From: a bacterium
GTDB taxonomy: Bacteria > Patescibacteriota > Minisyncoccia > Phycocordibacterales > UBA2100
DNA length: 64,000 nt
Assembly: GCA_030647655.1 (NCBI GenBank)
Contig: JAUSJH010000003.1
Span: 11,013-75,012, forward strand
Direction of reading: 5' to 3'
In this document: positions 49,219-57,416 of the stretch, one piece after another
How the letters are laid out: each line of letters opens with the position of its first letter
Numbering within the stretch: the first letter of the stretch is position 1
Program-made: the position numbers and the translations under genes
Notes under the pieces: model-generated
Database searches by the model: none
What the model was told of the DNA's origin: nothing
What the model saw: only the letters and a program-made list of their open reading frames with translations

Positions 49219-51003
49219 ATGGCCCATCACATCAGGAATTTTTCCATAATCGCGCATATAGATCACGGCAAGTCAACGCTCGCGGATCGCATGCTTGAGC
49301 TGACCGGCACCATAGAGCCGAGGCGCATGCAAGAGCAGGTCCTCGATCGTATGGAATTGGAGCGCGAACGGGGAATAACAATAAAAATGCAACCGGTCCG
49401 CATGCGCTGGATGTGTGCTGGAGAGGAATACATTCTCAATCTTATCGACACACCAGGGCACGTCGATTTTTCATATGAAGTCTCGCGCGCATTGAGCGCC
49501 GTGGAGGGCGTCCTGCTTCTAGTTGATGCTACACAGGGGGTTGAAGCGCAGACGCTCTCCGTTCTTTCGGTGGCGCGAGAACTTAATCTCACTATCTTAC
49601 CGGTCGTATCAAAGATAGATGCGCCAAATGCGCGGGTTCCAGACATAACGACCGAGCTCGCGCGGCTTATCAATTGTCCTGAGTCGAGTGTCTTACATGC
49701 CTCGGGTAAAACCGGGGAAGGGGTCGCCGATATACTGGACGCTATCGTCGAAAGGGTGCCTGCTCCGCAACCGAAAGCCGCGGGCGTTCAGTGCCTCGTT
49801 TTTGATTTCGGCTACTCGGATCATCGAGGTGTCATCATTTTCATGCGCGTCTTTAGCGGGCGCATCGCCAAAGGAGATGGTCTGCGGCTTGTTGCAACGG
49901 GCGCTGACTTTGTCGTTCTTGAAGTTGGCACGCTCGCGCCCGAAGAAAGGCCTTGTCCCGAGCTTGTCGAGGGAGAGATCGGCTACATCGTCACCGGTAT
50001 CAAAAAGCCTGGGGTCGCTCGCGTGGGTGACACGGTGACCACGTCGCGTAATCCAGCCGCAGCTCTCGGCGGGTATCAGAGCCCGACACCGGTCATCTGG
50101 GCAAGTGTGTACCCAGAAAGCCAAGACGACCTGCCGCTCTTGCGGCAATCTCTGGAGCGATTACGGCTTTCCGACTCATCACTTTCGTACGAAGAGGAAT
50201 CTTCCGGTGTTATGGGTAAAGGGTTCCGCTGCGGATTCCTAGGCATGCTCCATTTGGAGATTGTGGTCGAACGCTTGCGGCGTGAGTTCAACCTCGCGCT
50301 TGTCGTTACGATGCCGACTACGGTATATGAAGTGACGCGGACGGACAAACGAGTGGAAAACGTATACTCCCCCGCACGATTTCCAGATGACGGTACGACA
50401 ACGTCGGTCCGCGAGCTCTGGGTAGATATATTTGTCATGACGCCGCCCGAATATCTCGGCGCGGTGAGTCAACTTCTCTATGAACACGAGGGAGTGGTGG
50501 GTGATACCGAGACACTGCTTGATGGCAAAGCAAGGGTCGGGGCAAAAATGCCACTACGTGAACTAATGCGAGGATTTTTCGACCGCTTGAAGAGTGTTTC
50601 GAGCGGCTACGCGTCGCTCTCCTATGAGCTTATAGGATTGCGGCCGGCGGATGTTGTGCGGCTCGACGTTCTAGTGGCCGAAGAGCTCGTTCCCGCGTTC
50701 GCCCGCATCGTGTCGCGCAGGCGAGTCCAGCATGAGGCTGAGGCAATGGTGGAGCGGCTCGAGAAATTGTTGCCGAGACAGATGTTCGAATTGAAAATAC
50801 AGGCCAAAGTTGGCAGTCGCATTCTGGCCTCACGTCGCAAATCGGCGATGAAGAAGGACGTCACACAGCATATGTATGGCGGCGACATCACCCGCAAGAT
50901 GAAGCTCCGTGAGAAACAAAAGAAGGGCAAGAAAAAAATGCTTGCGCGCGGCAAAGTAGACATCCCGCACGACGTTTTCCTGAAGGTTGTGAAAGAAAGC
51001 TAG
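49219..51003 (+). CDS. lepA: Elongation factor 4
   Basis: IRNFSIIAHIDHGKSTLADR, GFRCGFLGMLH, YGGDITRK.KL.EKQK.GKK. Confidence 0.97.
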   Translation: MAHHIRNFSIIAHIDHGKSTLADRMLELTGTIEPRRMQEQVLDRMELERERGITIKMQPVRMRWMCAGEEYILNLIDTPGHVDFSYEVSRALSAVEGVLLLVDATQGVEAQTLSVLSVARELNLTILPVVSKIDAPNARVPDITTELARLINCPESSVLHASGKTGEGVADILDAIVERVPAPQPKAAGVQCLVFDFGYSDHRGVIIFMRVFSGRIAKGDGLRLVATGADFVVLEVGTLAPEERPCPELVEGEIGYIVTGIKKPGVARVGDTVTTSRNPAAALGGYQSPTPVIWASVYPESQDDLPLLRQSLERLRLSDSSLSYEEESSGVMGKGFRCGFLGMLHLEIVVERLRREFNLALVVTMPTTVYEVTRTDKRVENVYSPARFPDDGTTTSVRELWVDIFVMTPPEYLGAVSQLLYEHEGVVGDTETLLDGKARVGAKMPLRELMRGFFDRLKSVSSGYASLSYELIGLRPADVVRLDVLVAEELVPAFARIVSRRRVQHEAEAMVERLEKLLPRQMFELKIQAKVGSRILASRRKSAMKKDVTQHMYGGDITRKMKLREKQKKGKKKMLARGKVDIPHDVFLKVVKES

Positions 51004-51009
51004 CCCCGC

Positions 51010-51150
51010 CTAGGAAGTGAGCAAACTCGCAAGCCACTCGGGGAGTCCTGGTGCGAAGAAAACAACCATGCCGAACGATATGAGGATAGCAACCACACTC
51101 CAGACCCATTGGAGTACCTTTCTGGTGCGCTTGTGAAAAAGAAAACTCAT
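51010..51150 (-). CDS. Small single-TM protein (46 aa, not in ORF track)
   Basis: MSFLFHKRTRKVLQWVWSVVAILISFGMVVFFAPGLPEWLASLLTS: basic N-terminus then TM. Confidence 0.65.
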   Translation of the reverse strand: MSFLFHKRTRKVLQWVWSVVAILISFGMVVFFAPGLPEWLASLLTS

Positions 51151-51162
51151 AGACTTCGTTCG

Positions 51163-51254
51163 GGAAATACTTCTTGCCGTCGCTATCTGCGGCTACTGCC
51201 GCAGCGCTCGGTCTCGGCCCCGTCGGGCCTGCGAAGCCGGCAAGAAACATTTCC
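51163..51254. repeat. Multi-hairpin intergenic element, copy 2
   Basis: Outer stem GGAAAT..TTCTTGCCG/CGGCAAGAA..ATTTCC; core shared with 22137-22222. Confidence 0.85.
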
Positions 51255-51288
51255 ACTCACTTCGTTAGTGTAATGCTAAGATTACCCG

Positions 51289-51660
51289 ATGGCAATACGC
51301 CAACGCAATGACCCTGTTCGTCTTTTCGGTAAGCGCCTGCTTCTCGTGGCGCTCTTCGTGGGCGTCATTGTCGCCATCGGAGGTGCGTGGAGTGCATACA
51401 AGAAGGAACGGGAATCCCGCGCGTTGCGCGTGGAAGCAGAGGCACAGCTTCGTGACTTTTCCGAGCGGCAAGCGCAGTTGGATTCAGATATAGCGAATTT
51501 GCAAACCGATCGCGGCATGGAGGGTGTGTTGCGCGAACAGTACGCGCTTGCCGCTCGCGGTGAGAAGCTCATCGTCATCGTCGAGCCCCAGAAGCCGGAG
51601 CCTATCGAAGCCCCTCCCTCGGTCCTGCAGTGGCTTCACAGGGTTTTTCCTTGGTGGTAG
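51289..51660 (+). CDS. Septum formation initiator (FtsB/DivIC) family
   Basis: TM, coiled coil, then E..LRE.Y.LA..GE.LI.IV. Confidence 0.8.
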   Translation: MAIRQRNDPVRLFGKRLLLVALFVGVIVAIGGAWSAYKKERESRALRVEAEAQLRDFSERQAQLDSDIANLQTDRGMEGVLREQYALAARGEKLIVIVEPQKPEPIEAPPSVLQWLHRVFPWW

Positions 51661-51802
51661 GTGACCCCGCCCGAAGAGGGTGCCCGAAGGGGCCGAATGT
51701 CGGCCACCGCCGATATGAGGCGGGTCAGGCACGCACAAGCATGTGCGGGCCGCCTCGCTTGGGTGCTGGAATTCTGATAAATTTCATGTACACGGAGCGA
51801 AT

Positions 51803-51873
51803 GCGGGATTAGTTTAGTGGCAGAACGACTGCTTCCCAAGCAGTAAATACGAGTTCGATTCTCGTATCCCGCA
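51803..51873 (+). tRNA. tRNA-Gly(CCC)
   Basis: GCGGGAT/ATCCCGC acceptor; ACTGC-TTCCCAA-GCAGT; GTTCGATTC. Confidence 0.95.
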
Positions 51874-52203
51874 CTAGAGATATTTCTTTCCGTACGCGCG
51901 CATTGCATCAACAACTTTTTGGAAAGCGACGCCTTTTTGAGTGGGCCGGTAATCAACGCGATTACCGAGCCTACGGGACTGGTGTCGGGAGACAAGCCCA
52001 GCCTCCTCGAGCTTTTTGAGCTTAAGTGTGAGAGTCCGGGAGCTAACGCCTGCGAGCGCAAGCTCGAGGTCGGTGAATCGTCGGGGTTTTTCGAGAAGAT
52101 CCCTCAAGATGATGATACTGACCGAATCGCCTACGAGATCGGCGACCTTGGCGATAGGGCAGGACCGGCACAGCACCATTCGTTGACGTGAAGTTCTGAG
52201 CAT
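51874..52203 (-). CDS. HxlR/DUF24-family transcriptional regulator
   Basis: CPI.....LVGD, RRF.DL...L.GVS.RTL...LK.LE..GLV.R, V.Y..T.KG. Confidence 0.92.
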   Translation of the reverse strand: MLRTSRQRMVLCRSCPIAKVADLVGDSVSIIILRDLLEKPRRFTDLELALAGVSSRTLTLKLKKLEEAGLVSRHQSRRLGNRVDYRPTQKGVAFQKVVDAMRAYGKKYL

Positions 52204-52230
52204 TATGCATAGGCTACCACGCCCACGTCA

Positions 52231-52247
52231 ACTTTACAAAGTAAAGT
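52231..52247. promoter_or_regulatory. Candidate HxlR operator
   Basis: ACTTTAC-AAA-GTAAAGT inverted repeat in the divergent intergenic region. Confidence 0.6.
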
Positions 52248-52295
52248 GTTGGGTCCATACTGTACGTCCTATAGAATAATTATTTCCAGATTTTT

Positions 52296-52889
52296 ATGGC
52301 AGACGCACTCAAATTGAAAGTCATTCTTGGAAGTACCCGTCCGGGTCGTTTTAGTGAGAAAGCGTCGGCGTGGATAATGGAACTCCTCAAGAATCATACT
52401 GAATTCGATACCGAAGTCCTCGACCTTCGTGATTATCCGATGCCGTATTACGAGGAGGCCGGATCACCATCGCAGATCAAACTCGGTGCTGACCACGGAA
52501 AAGATGTCGTGAACGCGTGGGCACGAAAAATCGAGGAAGCCGATGTATACCTAATCATCACGCCTGAGTACAACCACGGCTATTCGGCCGTTCTCAAGAA
52601 TGCGATGGATTACATATATGCCCCGTGGAACAACAAGGCAGTCGCATTCCTAAGTTATGGAAGTGTAGGCGGCGGGCGCTCTGTCGAGCAACTTCGTGAA
52701 GTCGCGGTGGAACTCCAAATGGCGCCCATCCGGCAGGCTGTGCACATCCAAGCTCCATGGATGCTCCGAGACGAAAAGGGGGAACTGAAAGCTGGAGTTC
52801 TGGACTCTTACAAAGACAGCGCTGAGGGGATGCTCAAGCAGCTTGCATGGTGGGCGCAGATTCTCAAAGTGGGGAGAGCAACGGTTTAG
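52296..52889 (+). CDS. NADPH-dependent FMN reductase
   Basis: GSTRPGR, TPEYNHGY...LKNA.D, SYG..GG.R.VEQLR. Confidence 0.93.
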   Translation: MADALKLKVILGSTRPGRFSEKASAWIMELLKNHTEFDTEVLDLRDYPMPYYEEAGSPSQIKLGADHGKDVVNAWARKIEEADVYLIITPEYNHGYSAVLKNAMDYIYAPWNNKAVAFLSYGSVGGGRSVEQLREVAVELQMAPIRQAVHIQAPWMLRDEKGELKAGVLDSYKDSAEGMLKQLAWWAQILKVGRATV

Positions 52890-52935
52890 CATCGTGATAT
52901 ACTAATCGTCCTTAATAAATAAGAGCATGACGAGT

Positions 52936-53178
52936 ATGGCCACCGCACAACAAGTTTCAATTTATACGACGCCCACGTGCCACTTTTGTCATGCGGCAAA
53001 GGAATTTTTCACCGCCAACAAGGTGAATTATGCAGAATACAACGTTGCCTCGGACCTCGAGAAGCGCAAAGAGATGATAGAGAAGAGCGGCCAGATGGGA
53101 GTTCCCGTCATCACGGTAGGGAGCGATCTCGTTGTCGGTTTCGACGAAAAGCGTTTGCGCGAACTTCTCGCGGTCTAA
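52936..53178 (+). CDS. Glutaredoxin-like protein (NrdH/YruB family)
   Basis: IYTTPTCHFC, SGQMGVPVI, VGFD. Confidence 0.92.
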   Translation: MATAQQVSIYTTPTCHFCHAAKEFFTANKVNYAEYNVASDLEKRKEMIEKSGQMGVPVITVGSDLVVGFDEKRLRELLAV

Positions 53179-53209
53179 CTATTCCCTCTGTGTGATAAAG
53201 TGCCGTTGA

Positions 53210-53282
53210 GCCCTCGTAGTTCAATGGATTAGAACAGTCCCGTCCTAAGGGATCGATAGAGGTCCGATTCCTCTCGAGGGCA
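53210..53282 (+). tRNA. tRNA-Arg(CCT)
   Basis: GCCCTCG/CGAGGGC acceptor; GTCCC-GTCCTAA-GGGAT; atypical T-loop GGTCCGATTCC. Confidence 0.9.
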
Positions 53283-53350
53283 ACGGGTTCCTGCTTGCCC
53301 GTCTGAAGCTTTAGCGGAGTAGGGGCGAGGGCGTAAGTTATACTTGTCGG

Positions 53351-53863
53351 ATGAGTAAAGGTAGCCGCGTGGGACTTGCTGTTGCGGTCGGACTTTTCGT
53401 ATTGCTTGAAATCGTCCTGTATAAAATGCAGGGGATATCATTCACCACCACGCTCCTCCATGGTAGCTCGATGCCGGTCGTCGTGTTTGTTTGCGGATGC
53501 ATCATCGGTATGGCTTGGGACTATCTCGGACTCTTGGCGCTCCGTTGGTGGCGCTATCCGCCCGCGGAGAGGCATCCGTGGCTCCTTATCGTTCTCCCGC
53601 TTTTTTGGGGTATTTTTATGTTGGTCATGCAAGATGCCTACGCCATCGCACGTGTGATGGGGCTTGGGGAAATTTCAGCGTTGCTCGTCTCCACGATAAT
53701 TCTTGGGATCATCATGGAAGGCGCGAACCTTTATACTCGCTCGTGGATATACCTTGGGTCCGCAACATCGATCCCATTCCTTATCTTCGGTTGGATCGTC
53801 GGACTCGGATTCGCATACGTAATTGGTTTCAACGCCTTTATCCTAAACCCATTCGGGTTTTGA
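53351..53863 (+). CDS. Multi-TM hypothetical membrane protein
   Basis: About 5 TMs with repeated W.Y motif; TATACT 6 nt upstream. Confidence 0.7.
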   Translation: MSKGSRVGLAVAVGLFVLLEIVLYKMQGISFTTTLLHGSSMPVVVFVCGCIIGMAWDYLGLLALRWWRYPPAERHPWLLIVLPLFWGIFMLVMQDAYAIARVMGLGEISALLVSTIILGIIMEGANLYTRSWIYLGSATSIPFLIFGWIVGLGFAYVIGFNAFILNPFGF

Positions 53864-53884
53864 GGAGAATGGTACAATAGCGCC

Positions 53885-54202
53885 ATGGATACGAATCCCA
53901 TTCAAGGGCAACAGCAGGAGATATACAAGCTCGTGCGGGAGAACAACAAAATGCTCCATGCAATGCGCCGCAACGCTTTTTGGGGCGGAATCATCAAATT
54001 CTTACTCTATACGGGGCTTTTTATCGTTTTGCCGTTCTGGCTGTACATGACCTACCTTGCTCCGATGCTTCAAAGCACGATGCAGGCCGTGAATCAGATA
54101 CAGGGAACCGGCGCCAAAGCGCAAGCGCAGTTCGGAAGTTTTCAGGAAATGCTGAAGCAGTTCGAAACAATGTTCCCAAAAATCGGCAAAACGAATCAGT
54201 AG
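53885..54202 (+). CDS. Single-TM hypothetical protein
   Basis: ENNKML..MRR..FW then TM; TACAAT 6 nt upstream. Confidence 0.75.
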   Translation: MDTNPIQGQQQEIYKLVRENNKMLHAMRRNAFWGGIIKFLLYTGLFIVLPFWLYMTYLAPMLQSTMQAVNQIQGTGAKAQAQFGSFQEMLKQFETMFPKIGKTNQ

Positions 54203-54216
54203 CAATAGGAGTATCT

Positions 54217-54292
54217 TGGTGCTTGGGCCCGGGATCGAACCGGGGACCTCATCCTCTTCAGGGACGCGCTCTACCAACTGAGCTACCCAAGC
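54217..54292 (-). tRNA. tRNA-Phe(GAA)
   Basis: Minus strand GCTTGGGTAGCTCAGTTGGTAGAGC...CTGAAGA...GGTTCGATCCC...CCCAAGCACCA. Confidence 0.96.
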
Positions 54293-54323
54293 TTCGTGAA
54301 CACTTTATCATGCCCGACTTTCT

Positions 54324-54899
54324 TTAGAAACCGAGTGTGTAGGTCATCGCATTTCTGCTCTCGGCGAGCCACTTTGAAGTGTCGAGCCTCACTTCGTGCG
54401 TCTTGCCAAGCTCTTTGTATTTGACCGAGCTATTGGCGAGCGCATAGTCGAATATTTTTTTCGTTATCTCGACGTCTTTGAGGCAGTACTCGCGCACCTT
54501 CTCTATCTCACCCGCGCGCCACCACTGAAGCGACTGCGCGCCGCTTGCACTTTTCTTCTCACCCAGCGTCCCCTCGGCGATGGCGTCTAGCTTGAGTCGG
54601 CGCCCGAGGATTGCGTGGACTTCGTGCATGATATCGAGGCTTTTTATCCGAGTAAGGTCTCCGGGGTAGTATTTATTGAGAAGCGGGACATCGAAGTGAT
54701 TTGAGTTGTAGCCTACAAGAAGATCGGTGCGCTCAAGGACATTCCATAAGCTGTGCAGTTCGTTTTCGAGATAGCTCGAATATGTGTCCGTCTCCGAATC
54801 GTGAATGCAGACTAGCGCTATGGTGAGGTCGGCCGGATCGCCGGAGCCGGTATCCGACATCCAATTTGCCGTCTCGATATCAAATACGACCGTGCGCAT
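54324..54899 (-). CDS. RNase H-like (YprB / DEDD) exonuclease-domain protein
   Basis: VFDIET, VGYN...FD, YC..DV. Confidence 0.88.
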   Translation of the reverse strand: MRTVVFDIETANWMSDTGSGDPADLTIALVCIHDSETDTYSSYLENELHSLWNVLERTDLLVGYNSNHFDVPLLNKYYPGDLTRIKSLDIMHEVHAILGRRLKLDAIAEGTLGEKKSASGAQSLQWWRAGEIEKVREYCLKDVEITKKIFDYALANSSVKYKELGKTHEVRLDTSKWLAESRNAMTYTLGF

Positions 54900-54902
54900 A
54901 TA

Positions 54903-56105
54903 TCATTCTTCGGCAAACAATTTCTTCAGCGACGGGACTTCAATATGGGGAGGTTCAAATTTTCTGGTGATGTTGTTATGGGAGTCTATATCGTGAACAA
55001 CTCGCGGGCATGTCCACAGAAGGGAGGGTTCGTTCGGATCGACGCATGCTAGAAGTATCAATTTTTTCCACCTATTGAGTGTGGCGACCCTTTCCGCAGA
55101 AGAACGCAAAGTCTCTGTCTCGAGGCCGACGTGCATTACTCCCCACTCGGTAGTGAGATGCACGGGTCTCCCCAGTTGTTCGCCATACAAGGAGGCAATG
55201 TAATCGTTTTTCTCGGCTGCCAATACATTTCGTAATCGTTGCAACACTAGCATGCCCAAGTGTGGCATATCGTCTATCGTTTTGACCAAAGCCCCGGTTG
55301 CTCGGAGCGCCTTTCGGGAATTGAATAATCCCCAGCGCCCAGCTCCTGTGATTGTTTCGGACATCAAATATGCGCTTATTGCAGAATGTCGCGGCGAAAG
55401 CAGTGACGCAGGATCGTTCAAAATCTTTGAAAGTCCTGCCATGGCCATTGTTCCCGTTACTACGCTACTGCCAAAGATTAGGAATAGCAATTGCTTTCCT
55501 GATGGGCCGATATCGACGATGTACGTTGGACGGTCTAAGTTCTCCCGGAGAAGCATATCTTCGTGCCTCCCGGCTTTACGAGCAGGGAGATCTTCAATCT
55601 TGTTTTCCGAAGGAGCCACGATGAGTCCTTCAAGCGTTATGACGTCTGCTTTCAGGCCGCCTGTCTCACGCGGATAATTGTGCACATTATAAATAATCGT
55701 GCATCTACCTCCCCACGGTGCCCTCTCGATATACGCGTTGCCGTGTTTGTCATATTTCCATCCATCCGTCGAGTGCGCGATAAGCGCACCTGCGTTGTGT
55801 CCGTGATAGAGCATTCCCAAAAGGTCTTCAATGTGTTCTTGAGTCATCCAAGAAAGGTCGATTTTCTCGGAATTCGTTTCTTCTAGAGGGGTTTTGCTAA
55901 CATCTTGGTCTTTCTCGGCTTTCTTTAGTGCATCTTCGACAGATATACGCGGGATATTCTGGAGTTTTTGCGGGGCTGCCCTTCCCGCAAATACTTCATA
56001 CGCAGCAACACCTGCGAGGGCACCGAGCCCTTTGAGAGCTCGACGCCGAGTTGCCTCTGTGTTGCTTTTTCTTGCATCCTCAGGACTCGGCGTTTTTTCG
56101 ACCAT
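54903..56105 (-). CDS. Hypothetical protein with twin-arginine-like N-terminus
   Basis: 400-aa ORF between hisS and the exonuclease; TRRRALKGLGALAGVAA. Confidence 0.7.
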   Translation of the reverse strand: MVEKTPSPEDARKSNTEATRRRALKGLGALAGVAAYEVFAGRAAPQKLQNIPRISVEDALKKAEKDQDVSKTPLEETNSEKIDLSWMTQEHIEDLLGMLYHGHNAGALIAHSTDGWKYDKHGNAYIERAPWGGRCTIIYNVHNYPRETGGLKADVITLEGLIVAPSENKIEDLPARKAGRHEDMLLRENLDRPTYIVDIGPSGKQLLFLIFGSSVVTGTMAMAGLSKILNDPASLLSPRHSAISAYLMSETITGAGRWGLFNSRKALRATGALVKTIDDMPHLGMLVLQRLRNVLAAEKNDYIASLYGEQLGRPVHLTTEWGVMHVGLETETLRSSAERVATLNRWKKLILLACVDPNEPSLLWTCPRVVHDIDSHNNITRKFEPPHIEVPSLKKLFAEE

Positions 56106-56109
56106 AGAA

Positions 56110-57393
56110 TTACCCGAGCGAGCTGAAAAGATGCTCTGCTATGCCATCGGCAGGTAGTGTTATCTCTGCTCCACTCGAGAGATTCTTTATCGTGTAGCGC
56201 CCGCTCTCGCGCTCTTTTGCTCCGACCGCGATGACGAAAGGTATCTTCATTTTGTCCGCGTTGCGGATCTGGTCGCCGATGCGCTTTCCTGAAGAATTCA
56301 CCGCCACCGTCACATCCTCGCGCCGCAAACCTTGCGCGAGCTGTACCGCGTGCGACATCGCTTCTGGCTCGACAACGCAGAGCATGAGCTCCGTTGAGGG
56401 CGCGTATGCCGGCATGAGGTTGTGCGTCTCGAGAAAGTCGCGCGCTGTTACGTCTCCCATCGCGAAGCCGACCGCGGGAATCGACTCACCTCCGCCTGCC
56501 TGACCGGTAGGCAGGAAAAGCGAGAGTAAATTGTCGTATCTGCCGCCGCCAAACATGGAGCGGCGGTTGCTCTCATCTGTGTCGTATACCTCGAATACCA
56601 TGCCTGTGTAATAATCAAAACCACGCGTCACCTTCGTATCAACGACCATATTGCGTACGCCCATGTTTTCGAGGACCGTCCGAAGCTCTTCGAGGAAGCG
56701 GCTCGAGGTCGTGAGCTCGAGTTGCTCGAGCACCGAGGCGGCTTTTGCTCCGTTGCCTAAGGCGGTGGCGAGTTGTTTCTCGAAATCTTTAAGCTTTGCA
56801 CGTTTGTCCAAAAGCCGCGTGACCTCGGCGCGTAACTCCTCGGATACGCCGACGTTGTCGTAGATAGCGTTTAGTATCCTTCTATCGGAAACCCGTATCT
56901 CAAAATTGCGCTCGTCCGATCCGAGGGAGCGCATGATCCCGTGTGCGATTGCGATTATCTCCGCATCAGCCTCGACGCCAGAAGCTCCCACGATGTCAGC
57001 ATTCAATTGCCAGTGTTCGCGAAGCCGTCCGTGTTGCGGCCTCTCATAGCGGAACACATTTGGGATTGAGTACCAGCGGGCGGGAAGCGGGATTTCCCTC
57101 TGCCGTGCCGCAATCATGCGCGCGAATGTGGGTGTCATCTCGGGGCGCAGAGTCACCTCGCGCTCCCCGCGGTCGGTAAAGGTATAGGTCTGTTCGTTCA
57201 CTATCTCTTCTGATGTCTTTGAGCGATAGAGCTCGGACGGCTCAAGGATAGAGGCGTTGTATTCCTCGTAGCCGAAAAGCTCGCACACACGTTCCATGTG
57301 CTCGAAGAGGTATCGCTGGACGAACTGGTCTTCGGGATAGAAATCACGAACACCTTTGTAACTTTCGGTAGAGAGCTTTTCGCGCTTTGTCAT
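56110..57393 (-). CDS. hisS: Histidine--tRNA ligase
   Basis: KGVRDF, LRPEMT, FRYERPQ.GR.REH.Q, RGFDYYTG.VFE, GGGRYD, PAVGFAMG. Confidence 0.97.
   Translation of the reverse strand: MTKREKLSTESYKGVRDFYPEDQFVQRYLFEHMERVCELFGYEEYNASILEPSELYRSKTSEEIVNEQTYTFTDRGEREVTLRPEMTPTFARMIAARQREIPLPARWYSIPNVFRYERPQHGRLREHWQLNADIVGASGVEADAEIIAIAHGIMRSLGSDERNFEIRVSDRRILNAIYDNVGVSEELRAEVTRLLDKRAKLKDFEKQLATALGNGAKAASVLEQLELTTSSRFLEELRTVLENMGVRNMVVDTKVTRGFDYYTGMVFEVYDTDESNRRSMFGGGRYDNLLSLFLPTGQAGGGESIPAVGFAMGDVTARDFLETHNLMPAYAPSTELMLCVVEPEAMSHAVQLAQGLRREDVTVAVNSSGKRIGDQIRNADKMKIPFVIAVGAKERESGRYTIKNLSSGAEITLPADGIAEHLFSSLG
56495..56515. repeat. 21-bp palindromic element inserted in frame in hisS
   Basis: CCTGCCT-GACCGGT-AGGCAGG, giving the extra residues LPTGQAG. 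Confidence 0.75.
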
Positions 57394-57416
57394 TCAAGCT
57401 ATTATACCGAAGTCAT

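Noticed and set aside
50888-51256. ORFs sharing the peptide FAGP.GPRPSA....ADSDGK (also 22066-22323)
   Set aside because: The similarity is just the translation of the repeated structured element, and the ORFs overlap real genes.
51727-51810. HDV-like ribozyme before tRNA-Gly (CCTCGCT and GCGAAT motifs), or SRP RNA (GTCAGG)
   Set aside because: The HDV P2 strands are not complementary and P1 is only 5 bp; the SRP GNRA loop and AGCAG motif are absent.
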